Origin: Candidatus Krumholzibacteriota bacterium
GTDB lineage: Bacteria; Krumholzibacteriota; Krumholzibacteriia; JAJRXK01
DNA length: 64,000 nt
Direction: 5' to 3'
Assembly (NCBI GenBank): GCA_963727455.1
Contig: CAVSGG010000008.1
Location: forward strand, 438,377-502,376
A program made the position numbers and the translations under genes. Shown piece by piece: positions 1 through 9,806 of this stretch. Each line of letters opens with the position of its first letter. The first letter of the stretch is position 1. The notes under the pieces were generated by a model. It searched no databases, was not told the origin of the DNA, and saw only the letters and a program-made list of their open reading frames with translations.

Positions 1-4
1 GGCG

Positions 5-904
5 ATGAAGGATCTCCTCCCTTTGAATCCCGCTCTGGCCATGGAGGCCTATACCGCCAACCTCCCCACCGACTATACCGAACAGCTGTCCCGGCGCCCG
101 TTCTTTGCGCGGCTCTCCAAGGCCCAGCAGACCCGCATTTTGGAACGAGCACAGTTCCGCGCAGACAAGATCCCGATGAATTCGGTGCAGGTGGAGTTGA
201 TCGCCTACTACTATGACCTGCGCCATTTCCTTCCCTACGACTACATCGTCACCTCTTCCTCGGTACGCGGGCGCTACGAGGCCGATCCCAAGCGGTACCC
301 GCGCCAGATTGCTTTCTATCGTGATCTCAAGAACTACACGCAGATGGTGAAACGCTTTGCGCCGGAGGGGAACCGCAAGGGCCCGGAGATTCGTTTCTAT
401 CACTTCAGCGCCCAGGACAAGGCGCGTCTGGTGGCGGACAAGGGCACCTTCGATCCGGAAGACTACCTCCAGTTTTCGGATCAATTGCACGCGCCCCAGT
501 TTTACGGCTTTGTCAGCTCCGTGGCCCAACGGGCACTGGAAGCGAAAATGTGGAAATTGGCCGCCGGAGAGCTGGACGTGATGATTCAGCTCTCGAAATC
601 GGTCGAAATCACCCGGGCGACCCGGCTTCATCTGATCGAGAGAGCGGCCTTCGCCTACTTTCAGGAGGGCGAGTACGAGAAGAGCCTGGCGCGGAGTATG
701 TTGTACTTGAAGGACGAACCGAATTCCGCCGTGGTCCTGGGTTACCAGGCTCAGGCACTGGAAAAGCTGGGGGCAATCCAGGACGCGCTGCAAAGCTACC
801 AGAAATGTGCGCAGGCCGCGGCGCAGCAAGGTAGACAGCCACAGTGGTATCAGTGGGCGCAGGAACGGATCGCGGAGCTCACCCAAAAGCTCAAGGGGAA
901 GTGA
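5..904 (+). CDS. C-terminal part of a hypothetical protein with TPR-like repeats (probably begins before the window)
   Basis: Frame is open to the left edge. C-terminal helical repeats (AAFAYFQEGEYEKSL; QAQALEKLGAIQDALQSYQK) are TPR-like. Confidence 0.65.
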   Translation: MKDLLPLNPALAMEAYTANLPTDYTEQLSRRPFFARLSKAQQTRILERAQFRADKIPMNSVQVELIAYYYDLRHFLPYDYIVTSSSVRGRYEADPKRYPRQIAFYRDLKNYTQMVKRFAPEGNRKGPEIRFYHFSAQDKARLVADKGTFDPEDYLQFSDQLHAPQFYGFVSSVAQRALEAKMWKLAAGELDVMIQLSKSVEITRATRLHLIERAAFAYFQEGEYEKSLARSMLYLKDEPNSAVVLGYQAQALEKLGAIQDALQSYQKCAQAAAQQGRQPQWYQWAQERIAELTQKLKGK

Positions 905-1613
905 AGCCCGCCTTCAAGGAACCGAAAGAGCTGGTGTCCGCGGGCAGACCCTTGCTCAGGCCGTCCAGGTCGTAATGAACCCAGTCCCAGATGCTCGCGC
1001 CCATCGACGGACGGCTGGTCGCTCCCATGATGACCCGTCCCACCTCGAGGCGGCTGCCGCCTTTGGGCTTCACCAGAACGACTTGGGTCCCATCCAGCCA
1101 GACTCCCACCAGCTCGCCGCCAGGCTCCTCGCTGGAGTTCTTGACCAGCTTCACATTGTGGAATTCGTCGAAGAAATCGGCGTTCACAGTGGCGAGCCAG
1201 GACCATTTGCCCGCGGGATTCATCTCCACGAGCTCCATGCGGTCGGCAAAGAAGTGCAGAGCCACCTGGAGATTGGGACGCGAGAACTCGAGCACGCTTC
1301 CCTTGCCGTCGAAGTTGCTGAGCGCCTTCAGGCGGGCGCTCAGAACGAGTCGCGTGGAGGAGGTGATCTGCCCCAGGAGCGTCTGGAAGTACACCTGATC
1401 GTCGGAGCGATTGTCGTTGATGAGCAGACTGCCGTCATCCAGCAGGAGAGCAGCACCGTCTCCGATCCGGGTCCAGGGGTTGGTGGCTTGGTCCGGATAG
1501 GTACTCATCTGGTAGTCCCCGGTGGCAACTTTCTCCATCTGTGCGAAACAGACCAAGGGGCCGACTACCGAGAGTAAGGCGGTGAGAAGAGCGATGCGGG
1601 TGGGGAATCGCAC
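891..1613 (-). CDS. Secreted protein, possible concanavalin/LamG-like beta-sandwich, ending in a SFGSLKAGF motif
   Basis: GTG start at 1613 with GGGAGG SD. Signal peptide RFPTRIALLTALLSVVGPLVCFA. Beta-rich body (FHNVKLVK..VWLDG). The ORF-track extension to 2426 is antisense to NlpC/P60. Confidence 0.75.
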   Translation of the reverse strand: MRFPTRIALLTALLSVVGPLVCFAQMEKVATGDYQMSTYPDQATNPWTRIGDGAALLLDDGSLLINDNRSDDQVYFQTLLGQITSSTRLVLSARLKALSNFDGKGSVLEFSRPNLQVALHFFADRMELVEMNPAGKWSWLATVNADFFDEFHNVKLVKNSSEEPGGELVGVWLDGTQVVLVKPKGGSRLEVGRVIMGATSRPSMGASIWDWVHYDLDGLSKGLPADTSSFGSLKAGFTSP

Positions 1614-1886
1614 AAATTCCTCCCAAGGGACTGGGCGTGGGTCATTCCTCGGAGACGAGTGTACCACGGATCCCATCCGGAGCAGGAAAGAAATCCTGAT
1701 CCGGACTATTTTTGTCGCTATCGTGTGCCGTGTGCTCGAGGGGTTCCCCGTGCGCAGCTTGGCGCGTCGGCCGTCCCCCGTCAAGCGAGGAAGTGATGAA
1801 ATTGAGGAACATCCTTTGTGTACTTGGTACGCGAAGTGCTTTCCTGCGGAGTGGAATGCGACCCAATGCTGCCCTGGAATTCCGTC

Positions 1887-2459
1887 ATGAGAAAACTCGC
1901 GCCCATTCGTATCGCACGCCTCTTTCCGCTGCTGGCGCTCACCCTCCTGGCCGCCTGCGCTGGCCCTCCCCACAAGTCCGTCCTGCAGAGCGATCCGGAG
2001 CAGACCGTCTCTCCACCTGCTGAGAGCGCGCAGGGCGGGAGTGAAGCCTCGCGATCGCCAGAGCCGCTGCCCTCGAGCAGCCAGGAGGAGGTGCGCGCGC
2101 TCTTGCACACCGCGCGCTCGTACCTCGGGGCTCCGTATCGCTACGGTGGAGAAAGCGCGCGTGGCTTCGACTGTTCGGGGCTGGTGCGGAGCGTGTTTTC
2201 GCAGTTGGGGATCGAGCTTCCCCGTTCCTGCGCAGCCCAGGCGCAGCGCGGACTTCCGGTCGCGCGCACACAACTCGCGGCGGGAGATCTGGTCTTCTTC
2301 GGACGCGCAAAGGGAGCGCCCACCCATGTCGGGATCTACGAGGGGAAGAACCGCTTCATCCACGCCAGCACGGGCAAGGGTCGCGTGAGGCGCGACAGCC
2401 TTCAGGAGAGCTGGTTCGCGCGCCACTATCGCGGCGCGCGTAGAATTCCCCTTCCCTAG
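1887..2459 (+). CDS. NlpC/P60 (C40) peptidoglycan endopeptidase lipoprotein
   Basis: Lipobox LLAAC; YLGAPYRYGG, FDCSGLV (catalytic Cys), GDLVFF, HVGIY, FIHAS. Confidence 0.93.
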   Translation: MRKLAPIRIARLFPLLALTLLAACAGPPHKSVLQSDPEQTVSPPAESAQGGSEASRSPEPLPSSSQEEVRALLHTARSYLGAPYRYGGESARGFDCSGLVRSVFSQLGIELPRSCAAQAQRGLPVARTQLAAGDLVFFGRAKGAPTHVGIYEGKNRFIHASTGKGRVRRDSLQESWFARHYRGARRIPLP

Positions 2460-2471
2460 CCAAGCCTCCGC

Positions 2472-4427
2472 TCAGAGTCCCGATGCCGCGGTCACGATCT
2501 GATCGCTTCCGTTGCAACTGAACAGAAGGTTGCGCGTGCCATCGCGCGCCCAGATTGCATGCCCGGGTCCTTGGCAACCGCCAGGGGCCGAAGTGGTGAT
2601 GTTCGAGAGCACACTTCCGTCGCTGTCGATGAGGGTAACGGTATAGGTGTTGTCATTGTATCCGGTGCTGCACACCGCCACCGTCCCATCCCCCAGATCC
2701 AAGAGGTCAATCCCGATCGGACCGTCGCCGACGAGAACGTTCCGGACGACACTCGCGGTCGTGCCTCCATCCCAGAGCACGATCGTCAGGTCGTCGCTCT
2801 CGAAGTTGCTGACCACCGCGATCTGAGCTGCCGCGCGCACCCGTCGCGGACCGTCGCCCACCTCGCCCACGAGGCTCGCCGAGCCGCTGCCGTCGTGAGG
2901 ATGCAGGTAAAGCTTGCCCGGCGTGCCATCGGCCACCACCAGCACGGGAGCGTCGATGGCATTCGAGAATGCGCTCACCAGGTGGCCGGGCAAGGGCGCG
3001 GGAAACTCGCTCTCGAGCAGAGCGGGGCTCCCCGCGGTAAACCCGTCGTTCACGGGATCATAGTTTTTGAAACCCACTTGGTTGTAGCTGAAGTTCACGT
3101 ACACGAGACCCTCGCTAATGGTCTTGTTTCCGTAGCTGACCGCATCGGTCACGTTGGAGTTGTACGCCGCGTACTGCAGCTGGCCCCACTGCTCTGTCGC
3201 GGCGTCGTATTGGGTGATCCTGGCGTCGTTGGGCCCGAAGGCGAAGAACGCGTCGACATAGCCCGCCTGCTTCTGACTGGAGGTGTGGGAGAGCGGAAGC
3301 GCGCCGTAGCTCGCGAGGTTCGCCAGCAGGAAGGCGTTCAGCAGGGCGGTACCGTCGTGTGGATCGAGGACGGCCCAGCCGTTGGTCCCGGCCAACACCA
3401 CCATGAAAACGGCGGCCAGAAGCCCGGCAAACGCGGGGCGCACGCGAAACAGGCCTTCCGGTGCGGTAACCGGGGCATCGGCCACCCCCACTTCACTCGT
3501 GTCGCCTCCTCCCCCCGCACAGTCGATGCTCAGCTTGAAGAAGACCGTATAGGTTCCGGTACCCGAGAGCGTCTCCGACAGGCGGTAATCGGAAAAGACT
3601 ACGGCCGCCGCCAGAGTGCCGGCGGCGTCCGCGTTGCAGGTGCAGGTGTAGGACTGCAGGGAGCTCATGATCTCCGGGGTAGCGGCGTCCAGCTGTCCCA
3701 GTCCCTTCTCCACCTCGCCCGAATAGCTGAGTAGGTTGCCGGACACGAGAGCGCAACGATCCTCGAATGTCGCCGTTCCCTCGAATTGCGAGCCCTCGTG
3801 CCGGTTGACGAAAAGAACCGGAGCAAAGGGACCGCCGCAGGGCACCGGCGAGGGGATCCCGTCGAGGCCTGCGCTCACCGCTACCTTCTCCAGGATTCCA
3901 TACACTGCGGTGCCATACGCTTGGAGGGTGACCTGCTCGGTATGGCTATCGCCGTCCAGGAGCATCTCCTGGGAATCCAGCACCACGGGGTCACCACCGC
4001 TCTCGCGCAGGACGGCAAGCAAAGTGGGGATATCCGCTGGAAGGCCGTCCGTCTTGATGTTCGAAGGCGCCGGGATGCGATAGCTGAGGGTCGCTGGCTT
4101 GAGGAAGTCCAGGGCCTCGGGTTCCACCCGGTAGGCGAGTTCCGCTCCCTCTGCGAACAGGGAATTCGGCAGCTCTCCCCCGGTGAGCTTGGTGATCGAG
4201 ATGCTGGTGGTCTGAACCAGGGCCCCATCGGGGATCGTCAGGATGAGTCGGCCGTCCGCCGAGCTGATGGTGCCGCCGGTGGGGTCGACGACCACGATCA
4301 CCGGAGCCTCTCCGGAGTCTGCGGGGCTGGCACTGTCCTCCGAGCAGCCGGGAAACAGCGCCGCCGCCAGAAGCAGGGCCAGCAGCTGTGGAAGACACAA
4401 TCGAAACCGACAATTCGGGCGAGACAC
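2472..4427 (-). CDS. Large lipoprotein with an N-terminal ZU5-like domain and a C-terminal beta-propeller-like region
   Basis: GTG at 4427 with GGAGG SD. Lipobox LFPGC; GGTISSADGRLILTIPDGAL (ZU5-like); VGDGP repeats (YVTN-type propeller). Confidence 0.75.
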   Translation of the reverse strand: MSRPNCRFRLCLPQLLALLLAAALFPGCSEDSASPADSGEAPVIVVVDPTGGTISSADGRLILTIPDGALVQTTSISITKLTGGELPNSLFAEGAELAYRVEPEALDFLKPATLSYRIPAPSNIKTDGLPADIPTLLAVLRESGGDPVVLDSQEMLLDGDSHTEQVTLQAYGTAVYGILEKVAVSAGLDGIPSPVPCGGPFAPVLFVNRHEGSQFEGTATFEDRCALVSGNLLSYSGEVEKGLGQLDAATPEIMSSLQSYTCTCNADAAGTLAAAVVFSDYRLSETLSGTGTYTVFFKLSIDCAGGGGDTSEVGVADAPVTAPEGLFRVRPAFAGLLAAVFMVVLAGTNGWAVLDPHDGTALLNAFLLANLASYGALPLSHTSSQKQAGYVDAFFAFGPNDARITQYDAATEQWGQLQYAAYNSNVTDAVSYGNKTISEGLVYVNFSYNQVGFKNYDPVNDGFTAGSPALLESEFPAPLPGHLVSAFSNAIDAPVLVVADGTPGKLYLHPHDGSGSASLVGEVGDGPRRVRAAAQIAVVSNFESDDLTIVLWDGGTTASVVRNVLVGDGPIGIDLLDLGDGTVAVCSTGYNDNTYTVTLIDSDGSVLSNITTSAPGGCQGPGHAIWARDGTRNLLFSCNGSDQIVTAASGL

Positions 4428-4528
4428 GGGGTACCTCCAGGGCGTGCCCGTCGGCGCTGCCTCGGCCAATCGCTTCCGCGGGGAGACCGTGGGCCCTGGG
4501 TTCCTCGCCAAGGAGACGTCGACGATCA

Positions 4529-4555
4529 GAGAATGAAAACGTATTTCATTTTCAT
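4529..4555. promoter_or_regulatory. AT-rich inverted repeat (Fur-family-like operator) upstream of the lipoprotein gene
   Basis: GAGAATGAAA-acgta-TTTCATTTTC, a 9/10 dyad in a GC-rich background, next to a TAAAGT -10-like hexamer on the - strand. Confidence 0.5.
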
Positions 4556-4716
4556 ACTTTAGCAGAGATTGGCTTCCGAGGTCCATGACCATCGGCGTGG
4601 AGTGGAGTGTCCTGGGAGGAATGCAAAGACCGGGAGTCGAAGCGACGCAAGGAAAACCGCCAGGGAGCGCGGTGCCGGTGCCGCGATCCTCGCCGTCTCG
4701 TCGAAGTTCGTTGCGC

Positions 4717-5145
4717 TCAGGCTTGTAGAGCCCGCTTCTTCTCGATGACGGTCGCCATGTCGGCCAGACTCATCTGGCTGAGCTGTCCGAAGAAACTGTC
4801 GCGCAACTCGCTCCATGTTTCATGCAGTGGGCAGGGAGCTTCGTCGCTGCACTCGTCCAGGCCCAGCACACAGCGGGCGCTGTTGTGACCCGGTTCGAGG
4901 ATCGCAATGACCTCTTCCGCCGTGAGACTCTCCGGATCCCGTGCGAGTGCGAACCCACCCCCCGGTCCCTTGGTGGAGCGGACCAAACCGTGTCCGGCCA
5001 GCTGCTGGAGGATCTTGGCCAAATAGTGGCGCGGAATGGACTCCACTTCGGCGATCTCCCTCACGAGACAGGGACCGTCCTCACGGTGGATGGCGAGATA
5101 GATGAGTGCGCGAATTCCGTATTCACACGAACTGGAGAACAACAA
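4717..5145 (-). CDS. Rrf2-family transcriptional regulator with Cys ligands
   Basis: EYGIRALIYLA, YLAKILQQL, STKGPGGGFALAR, CVLGLDECSDEAPCPLH. Confidence 0.93.
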   Translation of the reverse strand: MLFSSSCEYGIRALIYLAIHREDGPCLVREIAEVESIPRHYLAKILQQLAGHGLVRSTKGPGGGFALARDPESLTAEEVIAILEPGHNSARCVLGLDECSDEAPCPLHETWSELRDSFFGQLSQMSLADMATVIEKKRALQA

Positions 5146-5301
5146 GGTTTCCCCCTCATACCCTCAAGGGTGCCTGGAGATCACAAGAGAATGCAGGATA
5201 TTCTACCCATTTTCTCGTGCGATGCACCCGAAAAGAATCAAAAAATGCGCGCCAGCGCCCTCTTTTCTTCTCTCTACGAGGAACGGGGCCGACGCTCCAA
5301 G

Positions 5302-6846
5302 TCAGACTGCCGCGACGATCTCCGGATCGAGCTCAGGCCAGCGGGCCATGTACTCCGCTCTCTCCTTGCGCAAGCGTTCCACGTGCTCCTTGTATTCCTC
5401 CATACGACCCGCGCGCTCATAGAGCTGCCGTGGCCGCAAGAGTTCCCCGTCCTCCTCGGGGAAACCGGGAACGGAGCTGGCTATCTGGTAGCCGAAATCG
5501 GGATCTTCCTCCCACTCGATCGTTCCCTCGGCGATGGCTTTCACCACCGCGGAGGAATGAGGAATCTTCACCTTCTTGCTTCCGCTCTGAGCCTCGGCTC
5601 CTCCCACTCGTCCCGTGCTCATGAGATAGACTTCCATGGGACAGTTCTTGAGCAGCTCGTGGAATCGATTTCCCTGCTCGGCTTGGAGCCGCGGGAAGAA
5701 GGGATTCGTGCCGGGAACTCGCAAGCTCTTGCCCGCTTCTTCCTTTCCCCCCGCGCTGGTCCCTTTGGTCTCCCCCAACATGAAGTAGGCTGCGGCCTGC
5801 ACCGGCGAGAGTTTGGCGACGGCGGGAATGATGTGCTCGTTGCGGTTGAGGATGAGCAGAAAATCCGCCTTGCCCAAATCGCGCGCATCGGCGGCGTCTT
5901 TGACCTGACTCATGGCGAAGACGGCTCGTCCGTTCTGCGTATAGCTCGTGTCGAAGAAGTCCAACTTACCCTGATCGCCCTGGCTCACGTTCTCCAGCCA
6001 GGCGTCGGGCTGGGTGACGGCCCCATAGATGGTGGGCTCGAATTCGGGATCCAGACCGAAGGTCTTTGCGAAGCAACCATTCTCGGTGGAGTAGACGACT
6101 CCTCCCGGCATCAACGCTACGAAATCGTCCTGCACCGGCTGGCTGTGATTTTGGGAGGTGAAGGTCGTCGTGGTCTTGCCCGTTCCCGAGAGACCGACGA
6201 TCAGCCCCACTCTCTTCTTGTCTTTCACGGGAATGACCTTGCATCCGGCGTGCAAGGCGAGACCTCCGCGCTCGTAGACCATGTTGTTCCACATGCGCAG
6301 ACCACCCTTCTTGGACTCGCCGAAATAGTCGCTGTTGCACACGCGAGTGATTCGACGGTCCAAGTCCACCGAGATGATCCGGTCGTTGGGATAGCCCTTC
6401 ACCGCCAAGCGAGGAGTGTAGATCACGGTGAGCTCGGGCTCGAAATCCTCGGTACCCGGCGAAGCAGGATCGTAGTACAGCGTCTGTTGCATCACCGCGA
6501 TGTTCGCCGCAGAACGGTCGATGATGAGGCGAGCCGCAGTGCGAAAATTCCTATCGTTGCCGATGTAGCCATCGATGACGATCATATCGCAGTCCTTGAT
6601 GTGCTCGTCCTGCAGTGCCGCGACCCGAGCCCCCTCTTCCCGGCTGATGCACGGGTCGGAGTGTTGCTCGGGGTGATCGGTGACGAGGAAGGTGCTGGAC
6701 TTGCTGCGGGCAGTGGCCTTGGTGGCGACGTTGAAATTGTCGAACTCGGTGAGCCGAGAGTTCTTCATCTCGGACACCATCTTTCGAAGTTCTTCACGAC
6801 TGGGATTGAAGTGGATTTTCCGAGCCTGGATGGGCAGCTTCGCCAT
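5302..6846 (-). CDS. pckA: Phosphoenolpyruvate carboxykinase (ATP)
   Basis: YFGESKKG, LHAGC, P-loop GLSGTGKTT, QDD, ENGCFAKT, TQNGRA. Confidence 0.9.
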   Translation of the reverse strand: MAKLPIQARKIHFNPSREELRKMVSEMKNSRLTEFDNFNVATKATARSKSSTFLVTDHPEQHSDPCISREEGARVAALQDEHIKDCDMIVIDGYIGNDRNFRTAARLIIDRSAANIAVMQQTLYYDPASPGTEDFEPELTVIYTPRLAVKGYPNDRIISVDLDRRITRVCNSDYFGESKKGGLRMWNNMVYERGGLALHAGCKVIPVKDKKRVGLIVGLSGTGKTTTTFTSQNHSQPVQDDFVALMPGGVVYSTENGCFAKTFGLDPEFEPTIYGAVTQPDAWLENVSQGDQGKLDFFDTSYTQNGRAVFAMSQVKDAADARDLGKADFLLILNRNEHIIPAVAKLSPVQAAAYFMLGETKGTSAGGKEEAGKSLRVPGTNPFFPRLQAEQGNRFHELLKNCPMEVYLMSTGRVGGAEAQSGSKKVKIPHSSAVVKAIAEGTIEWEEDPDFGYQIASSVPGFPEEDGELLRPRQLYERAGRMEEYKEHVERLRKERAEYMARWPELDPEIVAAV

Positions 6847-6957
6847 GGTTCCTCCGGAATGAGTCGTTCCTGAAGTCGCGGGGGGAGCTCGTCAGCAGAG
6901 GACGAGAATTCGGCCCGAACGTCCGTATGTCGCCCCTATCGTAGAGGATGGTATGCA

Positions 6958-8736
6958 GTGACGCAACTGGCGCGCGAAGAGAGCCCGGCTCCGATCTGGC
7001 GCTGGTCGTGGGGGCTCATCGCCCTCACCGCCCTCCTGGCCCATCTCCCCGCTCTGGGTGGCTACTTCTTCCAGGATGATTGGACGCGACTCGCAGCTCT
7101 CGTGCACGGGGGAGGCGCTGGACTCTGGGGTCCGCGGCCCCTCTCGCGGGTCGTGGGCTTCGAACTGGGCCTCGCCTTCTTCGGCCTGCGCGCCGCCGCG
7201 TGGCATGCGACCGCCCTCTGTGCCTGGGCCGCGGCCAGTGTGCTTACGCAGAAGCTCGGGCTACGGATGGGATTGCGTCCCTTCGCGGCCCTGGTGGCCG
7301 GCCTCATCACGGCCGCCACTCCCGTGGTGCTCTTGCCCGTCTTCTGGGCCAGCGCCTCGGCGGAGATCTTCGCGGTGCTCTTTGGCCTGCTCGCCCTTGG
7401 GGCTTGGCTCCATCCGCACCGGCTGGGGGGGATGGTCGCGGTTCTGGCCGGCCTGGCCTCCTTCTTTTGCAAGGAATCCCTCCTCGCTCTTCCCCTGCTC
7501 TTGATGCTGCTTCCGCGCACACTCCTCCCAAGCGAGGGGGCTTCGCGCGCGTGGCGGCGCTGGGCCCTCGTCGTGCTACTCGTGGGAGCCGCGACGGCGG
7601 GCGGCTTGGTGTGGAAGATCATGGCCCCGGCCACTCCTCACGATCCCTACGCCATGGGGGGACCCAGACTCTGGCTGATGAACTTGCTCGTACTGGGAGC
7701 ATGGCTCATCTCTCCCGTCTCCTTCGCTCTTCTGGCCACACCCTCTCTGCCCTTCTTCGGAGCCCTGGTTTGGGCGGCATGGGTGGCCCTGGCCATCCGC
7801 CAGGCACGCGCGGGAAGGCGGCGCGAAAGTTGGTGGCTGCTCTTTGCGTTGGGAAGCCTGGCGCCCGTGCTGCCCCTGGCCCGTCACCTTCAGCCTTACT
7901 ATTTGCTGGGCACCGTTCCCGCGTTTGCCTGGAGCGTTGGAGGCGCTCTAGATCTGCTGCAGGAACGCGCCCCCCTGCGGCCTCGCCTACAGCCGCTGCT
8001 CGCCGCTCTCCTTGCATTCGTGGCCCTGGGCGTGGGTTATGGCGCGAGTGCACGGCGTTTCGAGGCGCGGGACGCACGCGGCCAACTCGAAAACCCCCTC
8101 GCGCTTCGTAGCGCTCTGGCTTATGAGGTCGCCGGCCTGGTGGGGAGTCTGCCTCTTCAACCCGGGGAGACCCTGGCCGTATTGGCCGCCACCGCGACCG
8201 AGTGGCCCAAGGAGATGCCGGTTCGAATGGCCCAGCGCCTCAATTCGAAGATCTACGTGGCCATCGATGGAGCGAAGGGTCTGAGCGTCATGGTGCCGCA
8301 AGGAGTTTCGGTCCGCTGGGATAGTCACCTCGACGGACTGCGCGCCGACAGCATGATTCTCTTCGACAATGGCGGGACGCATCTGCGCGTCTGGGGAAGA
8401 GTTCGCAATGCGCGCTTCTACTCGGCCCTGTTGGCGATGGCGGCACAACAATACCAACGCGCTCTGCACGATCTCTGGGTGGTGGGCGGAAAGGGAACGC
8501 AACTCGACTTCGTTTACCAGCCGGAGCTATTGCCAGTCGCCGGCAGTGCGATCGACGAGAACGCGAGCCCCTTCGTGCACTACATCTTGAGCCACGAGGA
8601 TGACACGGCCCTGGCCCGTCGCCTGGTCCTTCTCTTCGAACAGCTCTACAAAGCGGTGCGCGGGAAGGAGCTGCACTGGGCAAGCGATCCGACGGGACAC
8701 TCCTCGCCCGATCCTGCGGATTCCGACGGCCCCTAG
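6958..8736 (+). CDS. Polytopic membrane protein, GT-C-like glycosyltransferase
   Basis: N-terminal GYFFQDDW..RPLS, many transmembrane segments, KES motif, soluble C-terminus. Confidence 0.6.
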   Translation: MTQLAREESPAPIWRWSWGLIALTALLAHLPALGGYFFQDDWTRLAALVHGGGAGLWGPRPLSRVVGFELGLAFFGLRAAAWHATALCAWAAASVLTQKLGLRMGLRPFAALVAGLITAATPVVLLPVFWASASAEIFAVLFGLLALGAWLHPHRLGGMVAVLAGLASFFCKESLLALPLLLMLLPRTLLPSEGASRAWRRWALVVLLVGAATAGGLVWKIMAPATPHDPYAMGGPRLWLMNLLVLGAWLISPVSFALLATPSLPFFGALVWAAWVALAIRQARAGRRRESWWLLFALGSLAPVLPLARHLQPYYLLGTVPAFAWSVGGALDLLQERAPLRPRLQPLLAALLAFVALGVGYGASARRFEARDARGQLENPLALRSALAYEVAGLVGSLPLQPGETLAVLAATATEWPKEMPVRMAQRLNSKIYVAIDGAKGLSVMVPQGVSVRWDSHLDGLRADSMILFDNGGTHLRVWGRVRNARFYSALLAMAAQQYQRALHDLWVVGGKGTQLDFVYQPELLPVAGSAIDENASPFVHYILSHEDDTALARRLVLLFEQLYKAVRGKELHWASDPTGHSSPDPADSDGP

Positions 8737-9671
8737 GGCCAATCCAAGGGGGGTGGCCAAACCACCGAACTCGGGCGCGTGCGACGCGGCACGAGTACCC
8801 GCAGGCCTCCCGGTTCGATTCGCGCGTGGAATTCTCTTCGGTCCCCCTGGTCATCCCCGTCGAGCTGGAGGGGGATGGGATGCTCGCAGCGTACGCTCAC
8901 CTCCCGTCCTCGAAGGAGGGTGAGACCACCGTGCGGGCGCGGCCGTGCGCCGAACGATGCAGCGGCCAGGGTCACGACCTGTTCGAAGGTCTGGGCCCGG
9001 ATGATGGCCACATCCAGCATGCCGTCCTGTCCGTCCGCTTCGGGCGGAAAGATCCAGTTTCCCATCTGAGTTCCGAAGTTGGCGACCATGACCGAGGCGG
9101 CGGTGATTTCGTGTTCGGCATCATCCACCGTAACGGTAAAAGCGTGGTGGTTGATGGGAAGGTGCCGGGCAGCGCTGATGACATAGGCGGACTTGCCCAA
9201 GACGTTTTTCAGTTCACGTCCGGCCTCGCGGATGAGATGGCCATCGAAACCGCCGCCGATGGCCAAGAGAAATGGCTCCTCGGCGCTGCGTCCGAGATCG
9301 ACTCGCCGTGGGACCCCTTCTTTCACGAGCCGCAGGGCCGAGCGCAGTCCCATCGGGATACCGAGCCGCAGCGCCATCACGTTTCCGGTTCCAGACGGAA
9401 CGATGACCAGAGGACGAGAACTGTTTGCCAGAACGCGGGAGGCCCGCTGCAGGGTTCCGTCGCCGCCGATGACTACGACCGGTCCTTCGGACTGGTCCTC
9501 CTCGAGTATGCGGTCGGCGTCGAACTCGATTTGGGTGGAACGCCATTCGTCCGGCAGTCCCTCCTCGCGCAGTACTTTTCGTAACCTGCTCTCGTCGATC
9601 CGTCGCAGATTTCCGCCCGCCGCGGGATTGAAGATGATGGTGGGCGCGGACTGGGGCAACTCAGGCTCCAT
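8733..9671 (-). CDS. Diacylglycerol/lipid kinase family protein (YegS/DgkB-like)
   Basis: IFNPAAG, GGDGT, PSGTGNVMA, DGMLDV, QLDGD; ATG at 9671. Confidence 0.9.
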   Translation of the reverse strand: MEPELPQSAPTIIFNPAAGGNLRRIDESRLRKVLREEGLPDEWRSTQIEFDADRILEEDQSEGPVVVIGGDGTLQRASRVLANSSRPLVIVPSGTGNVMALRLGIPMGLRSALRLVKEGVPRRVDLGRSAEEPFLLAIGGGFDGHLIREAGRELKNVLGKSAYVISAARHLPINHHAFTVTVDDAEHEITAASVMVANFGTQMGNWIFPPEADGQDGMLDVAIIRAQTFEQVVTLAAASFGARPRPHGGLTLLRGREVSVRCEHPIPLQLDGDDQGDRREFHARIEPGGLRVLVPRRTRPSSVVWPPPLDWP

Positions 9672-9806
9672 GGTGTGTGTCCAGAGGGGTAGTCTGTGAT
9701 CCTGCCAGTGTATCGGATGCGGCGGAAGGAGCAAGCGTCCGCTCTGCTTGCCCTGGTCCGTGGCGGCGGCTAGTATGCCCCTCGAGCCGCCCGCAAGAGG
9801 ACCCGC

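Noticed and set aside
4822-6873. 683-aa + strand ORF, plus similar long ORFs such as 37705-39603, 24246-25520 and 59653-60939
   Set aside because: Antisense shadows of well-supported genes in GC-rich DNA, with no recognisable motifs.
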